The notes under the pieces were generated by a model that saw nothing but the letters and a program-made list of their open reading frames with translations, was not told the origin of the DNA and ran no database searches. This document shows, piece after piece, positions 19,981 through 28,021 of a DNA stretch of 64,000 nucleotides; the stretch's first letter is position 1, and every line of letters starts with the position of its first letter. This stretch comes from Deltaproteobacteria bacterium (lineage in GTDB: Bacteria > Myxococcota_A > Polyangia > JAAYKL01): the NCBI GenBank assembly GCA_016937015.1, contig JAFGWT010000062.1, forward strand, positions 2,609 through 66,608, given 5' to 3'. Both the position numbers and the translations under genes were made by a program.

Positions 19981-21300
19981 ATGAAAGCAAAACTGTTCTG
20001 GATCCTCCCGGTCCTTCTCCTTGCTGCCTGCGGTGGCAGAAACATGTCTCAAACCGCTTCAGCCGACGCCGCCTACGAGCCGGCGCAGAGTTATCCGGAG
20101 GAAAGCGCGGGTGGGCAGGCTTATCCGCAGGCAGCACCGGCTCCCTGGAATACCGAGTATGAAGAGGGGTATGCCGATGATGCATCGCCGGATATGGCAG
20201 GCATTGAAATGGATGGGGGTGACGTGGTGGAGTCGTCTTTCAGCGGCGTAAAAAAATCCGATTCACAAATGTCCCGGGAATCGGTTAAGCCGCCCGGTTC
20301 CTCCGGAACAAAAATGCAGCAGCAACCAACCAGTGGAGACAGACAGGCCAAAGGACCAGCGCCGGATGGCCCAATGATTGTTTACAACGGTTATCTCCAT
20401 TTACGGGTGCGCCGTCTGATGGATGCACTGGATGACATTTCGAAAATAACAAAGGACCACGGCGGGTATGTGGATTCCATGACTCAGCGGTCCATTGTGG
20501 TGCGTATTCCTGGCAAGGACTTTGACGCACTGCTGACCATATTTGCAAAATTGGGAGACGTGCTGTCACGGGAGATTTCAGCGGTGGAAGTGACTGAGCA
20601 ATACACCGATCTGACATCACGGCTGGCTGTGGCAAAGGAAACCCGTGACCGATTGCTGTCATTGCTCGAAAAAGTGTCCAAAGCTGAAGAGCGATTGCGA
20701 ATACTCGAAGAAATCAAACGGTTGTCCGAAGAGATGGAATCCATAAAATCAACTTTGTCGACGCTCGAAACCCTGCTCAAATATTTCACGGTGACCATTG
20801 ATTTAACACCTATTCTCCAGGACGAGACATCCATTCAGCACCAGTCGCCATTCGCATGGATACAGGAACTGAGCCCCCACCGCACTACCCTGTTTGGCGC
20901 GGTGGACAGTATGCGCATGACATTGCCTCGCGATTTTGTCTTCTTCTCCAAGTCTGATGATTACCGGGCGCAATCGGCAGATACCACTGTTGTCCGTGGT
21001 GGCATCATGGAAAACGATCCCAGGGGCGACAATACCTTCTGGGCTGATGCCATCGCCTACGAAATGACTGGGCGCAGCGAAGCACTGGAAGAAAAAGGCG
21101 TGGCGAAAGGTAAAAACGGCAGTGTCTCGTGGCTTATTTTTAAAAACGATGATCTTCAACCCCGTTGGTATCTGGTTGGCGTACACGTCCATGGCGACAG
21201 CATATATGTAGTGGAGGTATTCTTTCCCAACGAGGAGTCGTACAAATCACACAGGGACGATCTGCTGAAGTCACTGGACACATTTGAGGTGCGCCAATGA
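19981..21300 (+). CDS. DUF4349-domain lipoprotein
   Basis: Lipobox 'LLLAACGG', a low-complexity linker, and a DUF4349-like core ('YLHLRVRRLMDALDDISKITKDHGGYVDS...VRIPGKDFDALL...EQYTDLTSRL...'). Confidence 0.7.
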   Translation: MKAKLFWILPVLLLAACGGRNMSQTASADAAYEPAQSYPEESAGGQAYPQAAPAPWNTEYEEGYADDASPDMAGIEMDGGDVVESSFSGVKKSDSQMSRESVKPPGSSGTKMQQQPTSGDRQAKGPAPDGPMIVYNGYLHLRVRRLMDALDDISKITKDHGGYVDSMTQRSIVVRIPGKDFDALLTIFAKLGDVLSREISAVEVTEQYTDLTSRLAVAKETRDRLLSLLEKVSKAEERLRILEEIKRLSEEMESIKSTLSTLETLLKYFTVTIDLTPILQDETSIQHQSPFAWIQELSPHRTTLFGAVDSMRMTLPRDFVFFSKSDDYRAQSADTTVVRGGIMENDPRGDNTFWADAIAYEMTGRSEALEEKGVAKGKNGSVSWLIFKNDDLQPRWYLVGVHVHGDSIYVVEVFFPNEESYKSHRDDLLKSLDTFEVRQ

Positions 21301-22013
21301 GATATTTACAGATTTTTGCAGTCAATCTCGCTGTTACACTTTTCACCTCGGCCCTTTTGGCGCAATCCAGAGAGCCCCAGCCGACCGGCGACCGCGGCGT
21401 GACGGCCCTCGCTGAGGCTGATGCAACCACGGCGTCCAAAAAAAACAATGACGCCGATGCACAGGAATCCCGAGATGAGATTGATGCCCGACTGGAATCG
21501 ATTAAAACCACGATGGTGTTAAAGGTCATCAACCCGGACGACGCCCGGAACGCCATAAAAAAAATGGCTGCAGAGATGGGCGGATATGCGACGCATTTAA
21601 ACGATTCGTCAATAACACTTAAAATTCCCCCTGCTAAAATGGCTGACGCTTTGGTGGATTTTGCCCGTCAGGGCATCGTTGTGGAGAAAACCATTGTGCG
21701 CCAGGATCTGACTCTCGAAATCGCACAGCTGGAAGGCAAGCTAAGCAGTCAAAAGGAAATTCTCACCAAACTGCGCGAATTTTTCGATGACTCCGATTTT
21801 GCCGCCACCCTCGACATCGAACGCAGCATGAGCGGACTGGTCCGCGAAATTGAAAGCGTGAAGGGAAGACTCAGATTTTTAAAGGAACAATCTCAATGGG
21901 CGGTCGTCCAGATATTTTTCAAGTTCAGGGAGCGGGAAAGGGTACTGTACGTGGCATCACCGTTTGACTGGCTGAACAGCGCCAATCTGAACGCATTCCT
22001 GGAGGAGTTTTAA
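21297..22013 (+). CDS. Secreted DUF4349-like protein (paralogous to the upstream gene)
   Basis: Signal peptide, then the same pattern ('MGGYATHLNDSSITLKIPPAKMADAL...LEGKLSSQKEILTKL'). Start overlaps the upstream stop (ATGA). Confidence 0.6.
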   Translation: MRYLQIFAVNLAVTLFTSALLAQSREPQPTGDRGVTALAEADATTASKKNNDADAQESRDEIDARLESIKTTMVLKVINPDDARNAIKKMAAEMGGYATHLNDSSITLKIPPAKMADALVDFARQGIVVEKTIVRQDLTLEIAQLEGKLSSQKEILTKLREFFDDSDFAATLDIERSMSGLVREIESVKGRLRFLKEQSQWAVVQIFFKFRERERVLYVASPFDWLNSANLNAFLEEF

Positions 22014-22015
22014 GT

Positions 22016-22627
22016 ATGATTATCCGCACCATTAATTGCCAGGGGGCGGACCGCCGTGTCTGCCCTGTCAGACCTCTTCGGACTTCAGTTGTTTCTGTCA
22101 GCACTCATCGTACTGCAGATTCCCTTCATGTCCGGTCTGTAAACACAATCAGGCAGCATCCGAATCGGTCCAGTTGGCATATCGCTGCCCTTGTATTGCT
22201 GGCCTGCATCTTTTCCGCATGTGGCGGGGTCACCTATACCATGGACGCGCCAAAACAGTTTAAACGGTTTGATGACGCCGACACCTACAAATACATCACC
22301 GCGAACGGTGTGATGCTAAAGGCGCGAGAAGTGGACAACTATCCCAAAGCGGCGCTGTCGTTCTGGAAAGACGCCACGCAAAAGCACCTTGAAAAAGTTG
22401 GCTACATCCACAGCGACACCGTCTGTTTTAAGACCAAACATGGTCTGGATGGCTGCACCCTGACCTTCGCGCTCCCCCATGGGGCTGAGGACTGGATTTT
22501 CCAGGAAACCATTTTTGTTGTCAGCGACACACTGGTTTTGGTAGAAGCAGCAGGTGAGTTTAACAAATTCAAAGCCATCGAGCCGGATTTGGCGGCAGCG
22601 TTAAAAACGTTCTCCCCGAATATCTGA
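22016..22627 (+). CDS. Hypothetical membrane-anchored/lipoprotein
   Basis: Hydrophobic segment 'HIAALVLLACIFSACGG' with a lipobox-like Cys. Start is 2 nt after the upstream stop. No recognisable domain. Confidence 0.5.
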   Translation: MIIRTINCQGADRRVCPVRPLRTSVVSVSTHRTADSLHVRSVNTIRQHPNRSSWHIAALVLLACIFSACGGVTYTMDAPKQFKRFDDADTYKYITANGVMLKAREVDNYPKAALSFWKDATQKHLEKVGYIHSDTVCFKTKHGLDGCTLTFALPHGAEDWIFQETIFVVSDTLVLVEAAGEFNKFKAIEPDLAAALKTFSPNI

Positions 22628-22662
22628 ATCAGATTTGACGATGGCAAACAGACAGGTAAACA

Positions 22663-23100
22663 ATGACTGACAACCCATCAGTTTCACAAACCCGTATCCG
22701 AGTCATAAAAGCGATTGTCACTGTTCTGGTCGTCGCTGGCGCCATCACCTGGCTCGTGGTATCGAGCTTTGACGAAAACATGATTTACTACAAAACAGTG
22801 CAGGAGGCATTGAACGAACGGAGTCAATTTGAAAAAACCCCGGTGCGTATCAACGGACTTCTAGTTCCTGACTCGGTGAAACAAAAACCAGGTACCAACC
22901 AGTTCAAATTTCAGCTCGAAAAAAACGACGCCATTTTGGAGATTGAGTATGCGGGCATTTTGCCGGATACCATGCGAGAAGGTAAGGAGCTGGTTGTGGA
23001 AGGTACCCTTGTGCCAGGCAAAAACGTTCTCAGTGCAACCGAAATTCTCACCAAATGCCCCTCCAAATATGAAAAAGAAGCCCAGAGCAGAAACAATTGA
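22663..23100 (+). CDS. ccmE: Cytochrome c-type biogenesis heme chaperone CcmE, Cys (CxxxY) variant
   Basis: N-terminal TM, OB-fold core ('RINGLLVPDSVKQKPGTNQFKFQL...GILPDTMREGKELVVEGTLV'). Heme-binding motif is 'KCPSKY' (Cys in place of the canonical His). Confidence 0.85.
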   Translation: MTDNPSVSQTRIRVIKAIVTVLVVAGAITWLVVSSFDENMIYYKTVQEALNERSQFEKTPVRINGLLVPDSVKQKPGTNQFKFQLEKNDAILEIEYAGILPDTMREGKELVVEGTLVPGKNVLSATEILTKCPSKYEKEAQSRNN

Positions 23101-23933
23101 CTGCGATCAGGCAAATTCTGTTCATCGCCGCATTGCCATTTGAAGCGGCATCGGTTCGGCGACATCTTGATATGGCGCCAAGCAACGGCGTGCTTTCTGC
23201 ATTTACCAATCCGCCTTATCATCTGGTAGTCTCCGGTGTGGGCAAGGCACACGCCGCCGCGGCCACTGGCGCGCTGTGCAGTCAGTTCGACCCCGATGCG
23301 ATTGGCGCGGTGGTCAACATCGGCGTTGCCGGCGCCGTGTCAGATGCAATTCCCATCGGCAGCACCTGGCTCATCAATCAAATACACGACGCGGCGACTG
23401 CCCGATCGTACTACCCGGATATGCTGGCCACCCATCAGTTAAATGAAACCCAGGTGACCACCTTTGACAGGCCTGTTTCCAGTACCGTCAATGCGCCCAA
23501 AGGCGGTCTGGTCGATATGGAAGCCAGCGCTTTTTTTGAAGCGGCATCCATGTTCGTTGGCCCGGAAAAAATCATCTGCGTCAAAGTGGTATCAGATGTT
23601 CTGCAACACCCTCCCCGCATCAGTACAAAACAAATGAGCGCGGCCATTGAATCGGCAATGCCCAACATCCTTACCGTTGTTCACAACAGCTGCGCGTGTA
23701 TCGCTCAAAACCCGGCAATGTCGCTCAATGAATCCCACCACGAGTACATGGCTGGAATATCCAAAGCATTAAGACTGACGCGCACACAGCAGATACAGCT
23801 TCATCAGGCGGTAACGAGATTCATTCACATGCATCCTTCCACTCCGCTGCCGGCGTTTATCCCTCAACAAATAAAATCTTCAAGAGAGAGGAATCACTGT
23901 TTTGCAGAGCTCCAGCAAGAGTTGCTTCGCTAA
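23097..23933 (+). CDS. PNP/MTA-SAH nucleosidase family protein (MTAN, futalosine-hydrolase or HpnG-like)
   Basis: 'LVVSGVGKAHAAAATGAL', 'VNIGVAGA' and 'GGLVDMEASAFF' match the PNP_UDP_1 fold. C-terminal ~70-aa extension. Confidence 0.65.
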   Translation: MTAIRQILFIAALPFEAASVRRHLDMAPSNGVLSAFTNPPYHLVVSGVGKAHAAAATGALCSQFDPDAIGAVVNIGVAGAVSDAIPIGSTWLINQIHDAATARSYYPDMLATHQLNETQVTTFDRPVSSTVNAPKGGLVDMEASAFFEAASMFVGPEKIICVKVVSDVLQHPPRISTKQMSAAIESAMPNILTVVHNSCACIAQNPAMSLNESHHEYMAGISKALRLTRTQQIQLHQAVTRFIHMHPSTPLPAFIPQQIKSSRERNHCFAELQQELLR

Positions 23934-24903
23934 GCCGCTGTCACATATTTACATTGAGCATGCCATCGCCACCCACCCTCGGACGGTTTCCCTGGTGCAT
24001 CGCTTTCCAGATGCACAGAATGTGTATATTGACAGCTACAAACATGTATTCAATCGCAGCCACCAGAATTTTGACCTCCAAAAAAAAACGCCCAAACTGA
24101 TTCTGGCACAAAAACAGGTCCCCCACGTTTATCCATTCTCCGAAAAATGCCAAATGGCGGCATTTGAAAAAGCCGTGTATGTCACACCAGTTCTGGGATG
24201 TCGCTTCGATTGCGACTTTTGCTTTTTGCATGGCATGTACAACAGTGCCAATCCGGTAATTTTTGTAAATATCGAAGAAATGCAGACAGAACTTTCACAG
24301 AAAGCCGCAGAGTCGAACACACCGTTGTTTGTCAGCCTGTCCTACGAAACCGACCTCCTTGCGCTCGAACCCATTTGCGAAATGCTGCCCGACTGGATTG
24401 CGTTTAGCCGCAGATCGCCAAACCTTTTTTTTGAATGTCGCACCCGAAGCGGACTGTTTCAAAAAATCGCAAAGGAGAAACCCCAGCAAAACTTTTTGTT
24501 GTCGTGGTCACTTAATCCGGACGAAATCATCACACAGTTCGAGCACGGCGCACCCAATCTAAATAGCCGCTTGCGTGCCGCACGCCAGGCATTGGCGGCC
24601 GGATGGCCAGTACGACTCTGTTTTGATCCGATAATTCCCATTCCAGACTGGCAATCCAGTTACAGGCGCCTGTTTAAACACGTCTTCGACACATTGCCCG
24701 CCAGGCAGCTGTACGATGTGACAACCGGCCCCTTTAGAATGGGCAGCGACTTTTTCAAACGTATTCGCAAACAACGGCCTTGGTGCGACCTGTACTATAA
24801 AGAGATGATTATTGGCACTGACAGTTTCAATAATGTTATAGTGGAAGGACTGCAACAATATGTTCCCATGGAAAAGGTGGTCATATGGAAGTCGCAATTA
24901 TAA
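23902..24903 (+). CDS. Radical SAM protein of the spore-photoproduct-lyase (SPL/COG1533) family
   Basis: Cluster 'CRFDCDFCFL' (CxxxCxxC) ~90 aa from the N-terminus and SPL-like length. Overlaps the upstream gene, suggesting an operon. An alternative downstream start is possible. Confidence 0.75.
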   Translation: MQSSSKSCFAKPLSHIYIEHAIATHPRTVSLVHRFPDAQNVYIDSYKHVFNRSHQNFDLQKKTPKLILAQKQVPHVYPFSEKCQMAAFEKAVYVTPVLGCRFDCDFCFLHGMYNSANPVIFVNIEEMQTELSQKAAESNTPLFVSLSYETDLLALEPICEMLPDWIAFSRRSPNLFFECRTRSGLFQKIAKEKPQQNFLLSWSLNPDEIITQFEHGAPNLNSRLRAARQALAAGWPVRLCFDPIIPIPDWQSSYRRLFKHVFDTLPARQLYDVTTGPFRMGSDFFKRIRKQRPWCDLYYKEMIIGTDSFNNVIVEGLQQYVPMEKVVIWKSQL

Positions 24904-25595
24904 CCGGAGCATCCAGAGGGATTGGACTGGAAATAGCCAAAAGACTGGTTTCCGCCGGATATGAAACCTTTGGTCTCGCCAGACAGTTTGACACCTGCGA
25001 TCTGACATCTGAGCTGTTTCACCCAATCGTTTGTGACATCACCAATCTGAGTGAACTGACTGTCGCCGCCAGCCAGATTGTACGGGAAAAAAAGCGGGTG
25101 GATGTGCTGGTCAACAATGCAGGCGTTGGGATTTTTGGTCCATTGGACAGTTTAAAAATAAGCGACATTGACATAATGGTTCGCACCAATGTGACCGCCC
25201 CATTTGTGCTGACGTCGGAACTGTTGTTCTGGCTGCGAAAAAGCAGCGGCTACGTCATTAATATCGCATCCACCGCCGCACTGAAAACGCAGGCTCAAGG
25301 CGCAATTTACAGCGCGACCAAATCGGCGCTGTTGCATTTTGGAGACTGCCTGTTTGAAGAGACCCGAAAACAGGGGGTACGCGTGACGACCATCTGTCCG
25401 GACATCACCGGAGAAACAGATTTTTATCAACACAATTACTTCGCGCCGTCCGAAAACGAAGATACATTCATTCTGCCAGGTTGCGTTGCGGATGCAGTAA
25501 TAAATGTCCTCAATCAGCGTCCGGGCACTGTGGTCTCACAGATTGTGGTGCAGGCCCAACGTTTTCAAATTACAAAACGCCCGCCATCTTCCTGA
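24885..25595 (+). CDS. SDR-family short-chain dehydrogenase/reductase
   Basis: 'ITGASRGIGLEIAKRL' Rossmann motif, 'NNAG', and catalytic 'YSATKSAL'. Confidence 0.85.
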   Translation: MEVAIITGASRGIGLEIAKRLVSAGYETFGLARQFDTCDLTSELFHPIVCDITNLSELTVAASQIVREKKRVDVLVNNAGVGIFGPLDSLKISDIDIMVRTNVTAPFVLTSELLFWLRKSSGYVINIASTAALKTQAQGAIYSATKSALLHFGDCLFEETRKQGVRVTTICPDITGETDFYQHNYFAPSENEDTFILPGCVADAVINVLNQRPGTVVSQIVVQAQRFQITKRPPSS

Positions 25596-26865
25596 AATTT
25601 TTAAAGTAGTACTGCAGCGTTGTATCTGACAGCCCGCCCTGATCATATACCAGTGAGGCGGAATAAAAAGTATTTGCATCCAGATGGCGATAAAAGTCCT
25701 TCGCCAGTCTTTGTTCAGCCACCAGTTGGGTATAGAGTCGGGTACCGGGGAACGGAAAAAGAGATGACAGCAGAACCCAATCCGGTGCGATGTCACGGCA
25801 AAAGTCAACGGATTCCCGAAGATGCGCTTCAGTTTCGTCGGGCAATCCAATCATGAACGTTGCCACAATCTTTATGTGCTGCTGTTTTAGCAACCCCACC
25901 TTGTACATAATTTCTTCATTGGAAACAGACTTGCCAAGCGCTTTTTTTCGCATGCGTTCGTTTCCGCACTCAATTCCTGTCAGCACGCGGTAGCACCCTG
26001 CCTGCCGCAGAATTTTCACAATATTTTCATCAATATCCTGAATATGTACATTGCACCAGAATGGCCGGTTGATCTCTCGCCTGAACACATCGGCAAATTC
26101 GGTCAGCCAGTCGACATCCATAGTGAAAATATCATCATGAAATCCAATAACGCCGTTGTACTGATAAAGCGCCGTGGCAGCATTTATTTCCTGAACAACG
26201 GATTGAACCGTTCGTCGCCGAATCATCGCCTTCCCCTGAAGTTTGATGAGTCTCGGATTCAAACAGAAACGGCAGCCGTATCTGCATCCTCTGGTCGCCA
26301 TAAACTCCATGCCCACCAACCTGCCTGCTTTTGTGGCCAGGACATCCTGATACGGAAAAAATACCCGGTCCGGGAAAGGCAGCGAATCGAGATCCGCCAC
26401 CATGCAACCGGTGGCGTTCTGATTCAGTTTGCCATTGGACTGAAAATACAGATTCGGCACATTATCCAGCGTCCCTCCGGTTTCCATCCAGTCTGCTATT
26501 GCGCCTGTGGCGAGTTCACCCTCCCCGGCACACACGCCGGTGACACCTTCTTCCATGGCAAGAACTTCCGGCAAGGCAATGGCATGGGGGCCGCCTACAA
26601 ACACGGGAAGTCTATGCTTCCAGTATTGCTGTAAGACACGACTGAACAATGGATACCCTGTGGTGCACAGATATACAAACACTGCGTCACAGTCCATCAC
26701 CGCCTCAAGTGTTTGAGTATCATCCAAATTATCTATATTGAATAAAACCGTCTGATGGTTTAACTCTTTTAGAATAGCGGAGATGGAACCGAGTCCCTGG
26801 CTATATCCCAGATAATTGGCAACATCACGCGGCGGAACAAAATTAACCAGTGCGAACCGTTTCAT
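25570..26865 (-). CDS. B12-binding-domain radical SAM protein (class B)
   Basis: N-terminal B12-binding-like domain, then 'ATRGCRYGCRFCLNP' (CxxxCxxC). Confidence 0.85.
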   Translation of the reverse strand: MKRFALVNFVPPRDVANYLGYSQGLGSISAILKELNHQTVLFNIDNLDDTQTLEAVMDCDAVFVYLCTTGYPLFSRVLQQYWKHRLPVFVGGPHAIALPEVLAMEEGVTGVCAGEGELATGAIADWMETGGTLDNVPNLYFQSNGKLNQNATGCMVADLDSLPFPDRVFFPYQDVLATKAGRLVGMEFMATRGCRYGCRFCLNPRLIKLQGKAMIRRRTVQSVVQEINAATALYQYNGVIGFHDDIFTMDVDWLTEFADVFRREINRPFWCNVHIQDIDENIVKILRQAGCYRVLTGIECGNERMRKKALGKSVSNEEIMYKVGLLKQQHIKIVATFMIGLPDETEAHLRESVDFCRDIAPDWVLLSSLFPFPGTRLYTQLVAEQRLAKDFYRHLDANTFYSASLVYDQGGLSDTTLQYYFKNFRKMAGVL

Positions 26866-26905
26866 GCGTTCTTCCTATTTGAAACGCCACCAAAAGGAAA
26901 GACTT

Positions 26906-28021
26906 TTGACAGTAAACCAGCTCACATATTTTGGTATCCTTCGCGCTCCCACCAGTTGGGCCAAAGTCTGCCGCGAACTGGTCAACGCTCTGGCTCACAT
27001 GAAGCTGGACCTCAACATTTTTGAGCGAAAAGGATTTCTCTATGATTCAAACTTCGCCATCGCGGATGAGGTGGAATCGCGCATCACCAATCAGTTTCGC
27101 AACGACGTGGTATTCACGTTCGAGCATCCATCCACCTACCACATGCTTGAAGGCCGTTACAAAGTAGGGATTTTGACCTATGAAAGCACCGTTGTCCCCC
27201 CACTCTGGATAGAAGAGGCAAACAAACATCTCGACCTGCTGCTGGTCTCGTCCACATTCTGCCGTGATATTTTCGTGCAGTGCGGCATGGACGACGAAAA
27301 AATCGACATTCTTCACTACGGGTATAACCCCGAAATATACACACCGACAGGGCCGGCGATGGACCTGTCAAGAGAGACCGACAGGAACTTTAAATTTTTG
27401 GCGGTGGCATCACCCCACAAGCGAAAAGGGCTCGAGACCCTTCTGCAGGCATACCGCAATGCCTTTACCGCTGACGATGACGTCGTGCTTATCGTCAAAA
27501 TCAACTACATCCCCAAAAAACGGGGCAAACCGTTTGAGTATCGAGACATTCACGGGATGTTTGATACGTTTAAAAAAGATCGCTCTGCGCCGCAGGTGAT
27601 ACTCATGGATACATTCTTTTCGGAACATGACATTGCCGCATTGTACCGCAGTGCGGATTGTCTGGTCTCAGCGACACGCGGAGAGGGTTTTGGCATGGTT
27701 TATCTCGAGGCGCTGGCATGCGGTTTGCCGGTAATGGTCACAGGCTGGAGCGGCCACATGGACTTTCTCAATCACGAAAACGCAACGCTTATCGACTATC
27801 AATTGCGCACTGCAGGTGAAATCCAATACGATTGCAACTCCCAAAAAGCCAGAATCGCCGAGCCCGACGTGCATGACTTCAGCCGGAAACTGTTTTTGGC
27901 GATGAAAAATCCAAGGACTATCCGCTATGCGCCCGCCGATCGAAAATTCGAATGGCACAATCTGGCAAATCATTTCCTCGATACCATCTCAAAGCGGATT
28001 GCACAGACGCCAGTCAGTTGA
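26906..28021 (+). CDS. Glycosyltransferase family 1 (GT-B)
   Basis: 'EGFGMVYLEALACGLPVMVTGWSGH' is the GT1 EX7E-type signature region. Start is uncertain: the ATG at 26864 overlaps the divergent radical SAM start codon, so an in-frame TTG at 26906 or later is more plausible. Confidence 0.7.
   Translation: MTVNQLTYFGILRAPTSWAKVCRELVNALAHMKLDLNIFERKGFLYDSNFAIADEVESRITNQFRNDVVFTFEHPSTYHMLEGRYKVGILTYESTVVPPLWIEEANKHLDLLLVSSTFCRDIFVQCGMDDEKIDILHYGYNPEIYTPTGPAMDLSRETDRNFKFLAVASPHKRKGLETLLQAYRNAFTADDDVVLIVKINYIPKKRGKPFEYRDIHGMFDTFKKDRSAPQVILMDTFFSEHDIAALYRSADCLVSATRGEGFGMVYLEALACGLPVMVTGWSGHMDFLNHENATLIDYQLRTAGEIQYDCNSQKARIAEPDVHDFSRKLFLAMKNPRTIRYAPADRKFEWHNLANHFLDTISKRIAQTPVS

Noticed and set aside
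23097-26865. Interpretation of the radical SAM cluster as a hopanoid side-chain (hpnGHIJ) locus
   Set aside because: Only partial resemblance. No squalene-hopene cyclase, HpnK or HpnI-type GT2 is seen, and the first radical SAM is SPL-family, not HpnH-like. Kept only as an analogy inside the cluster finding.
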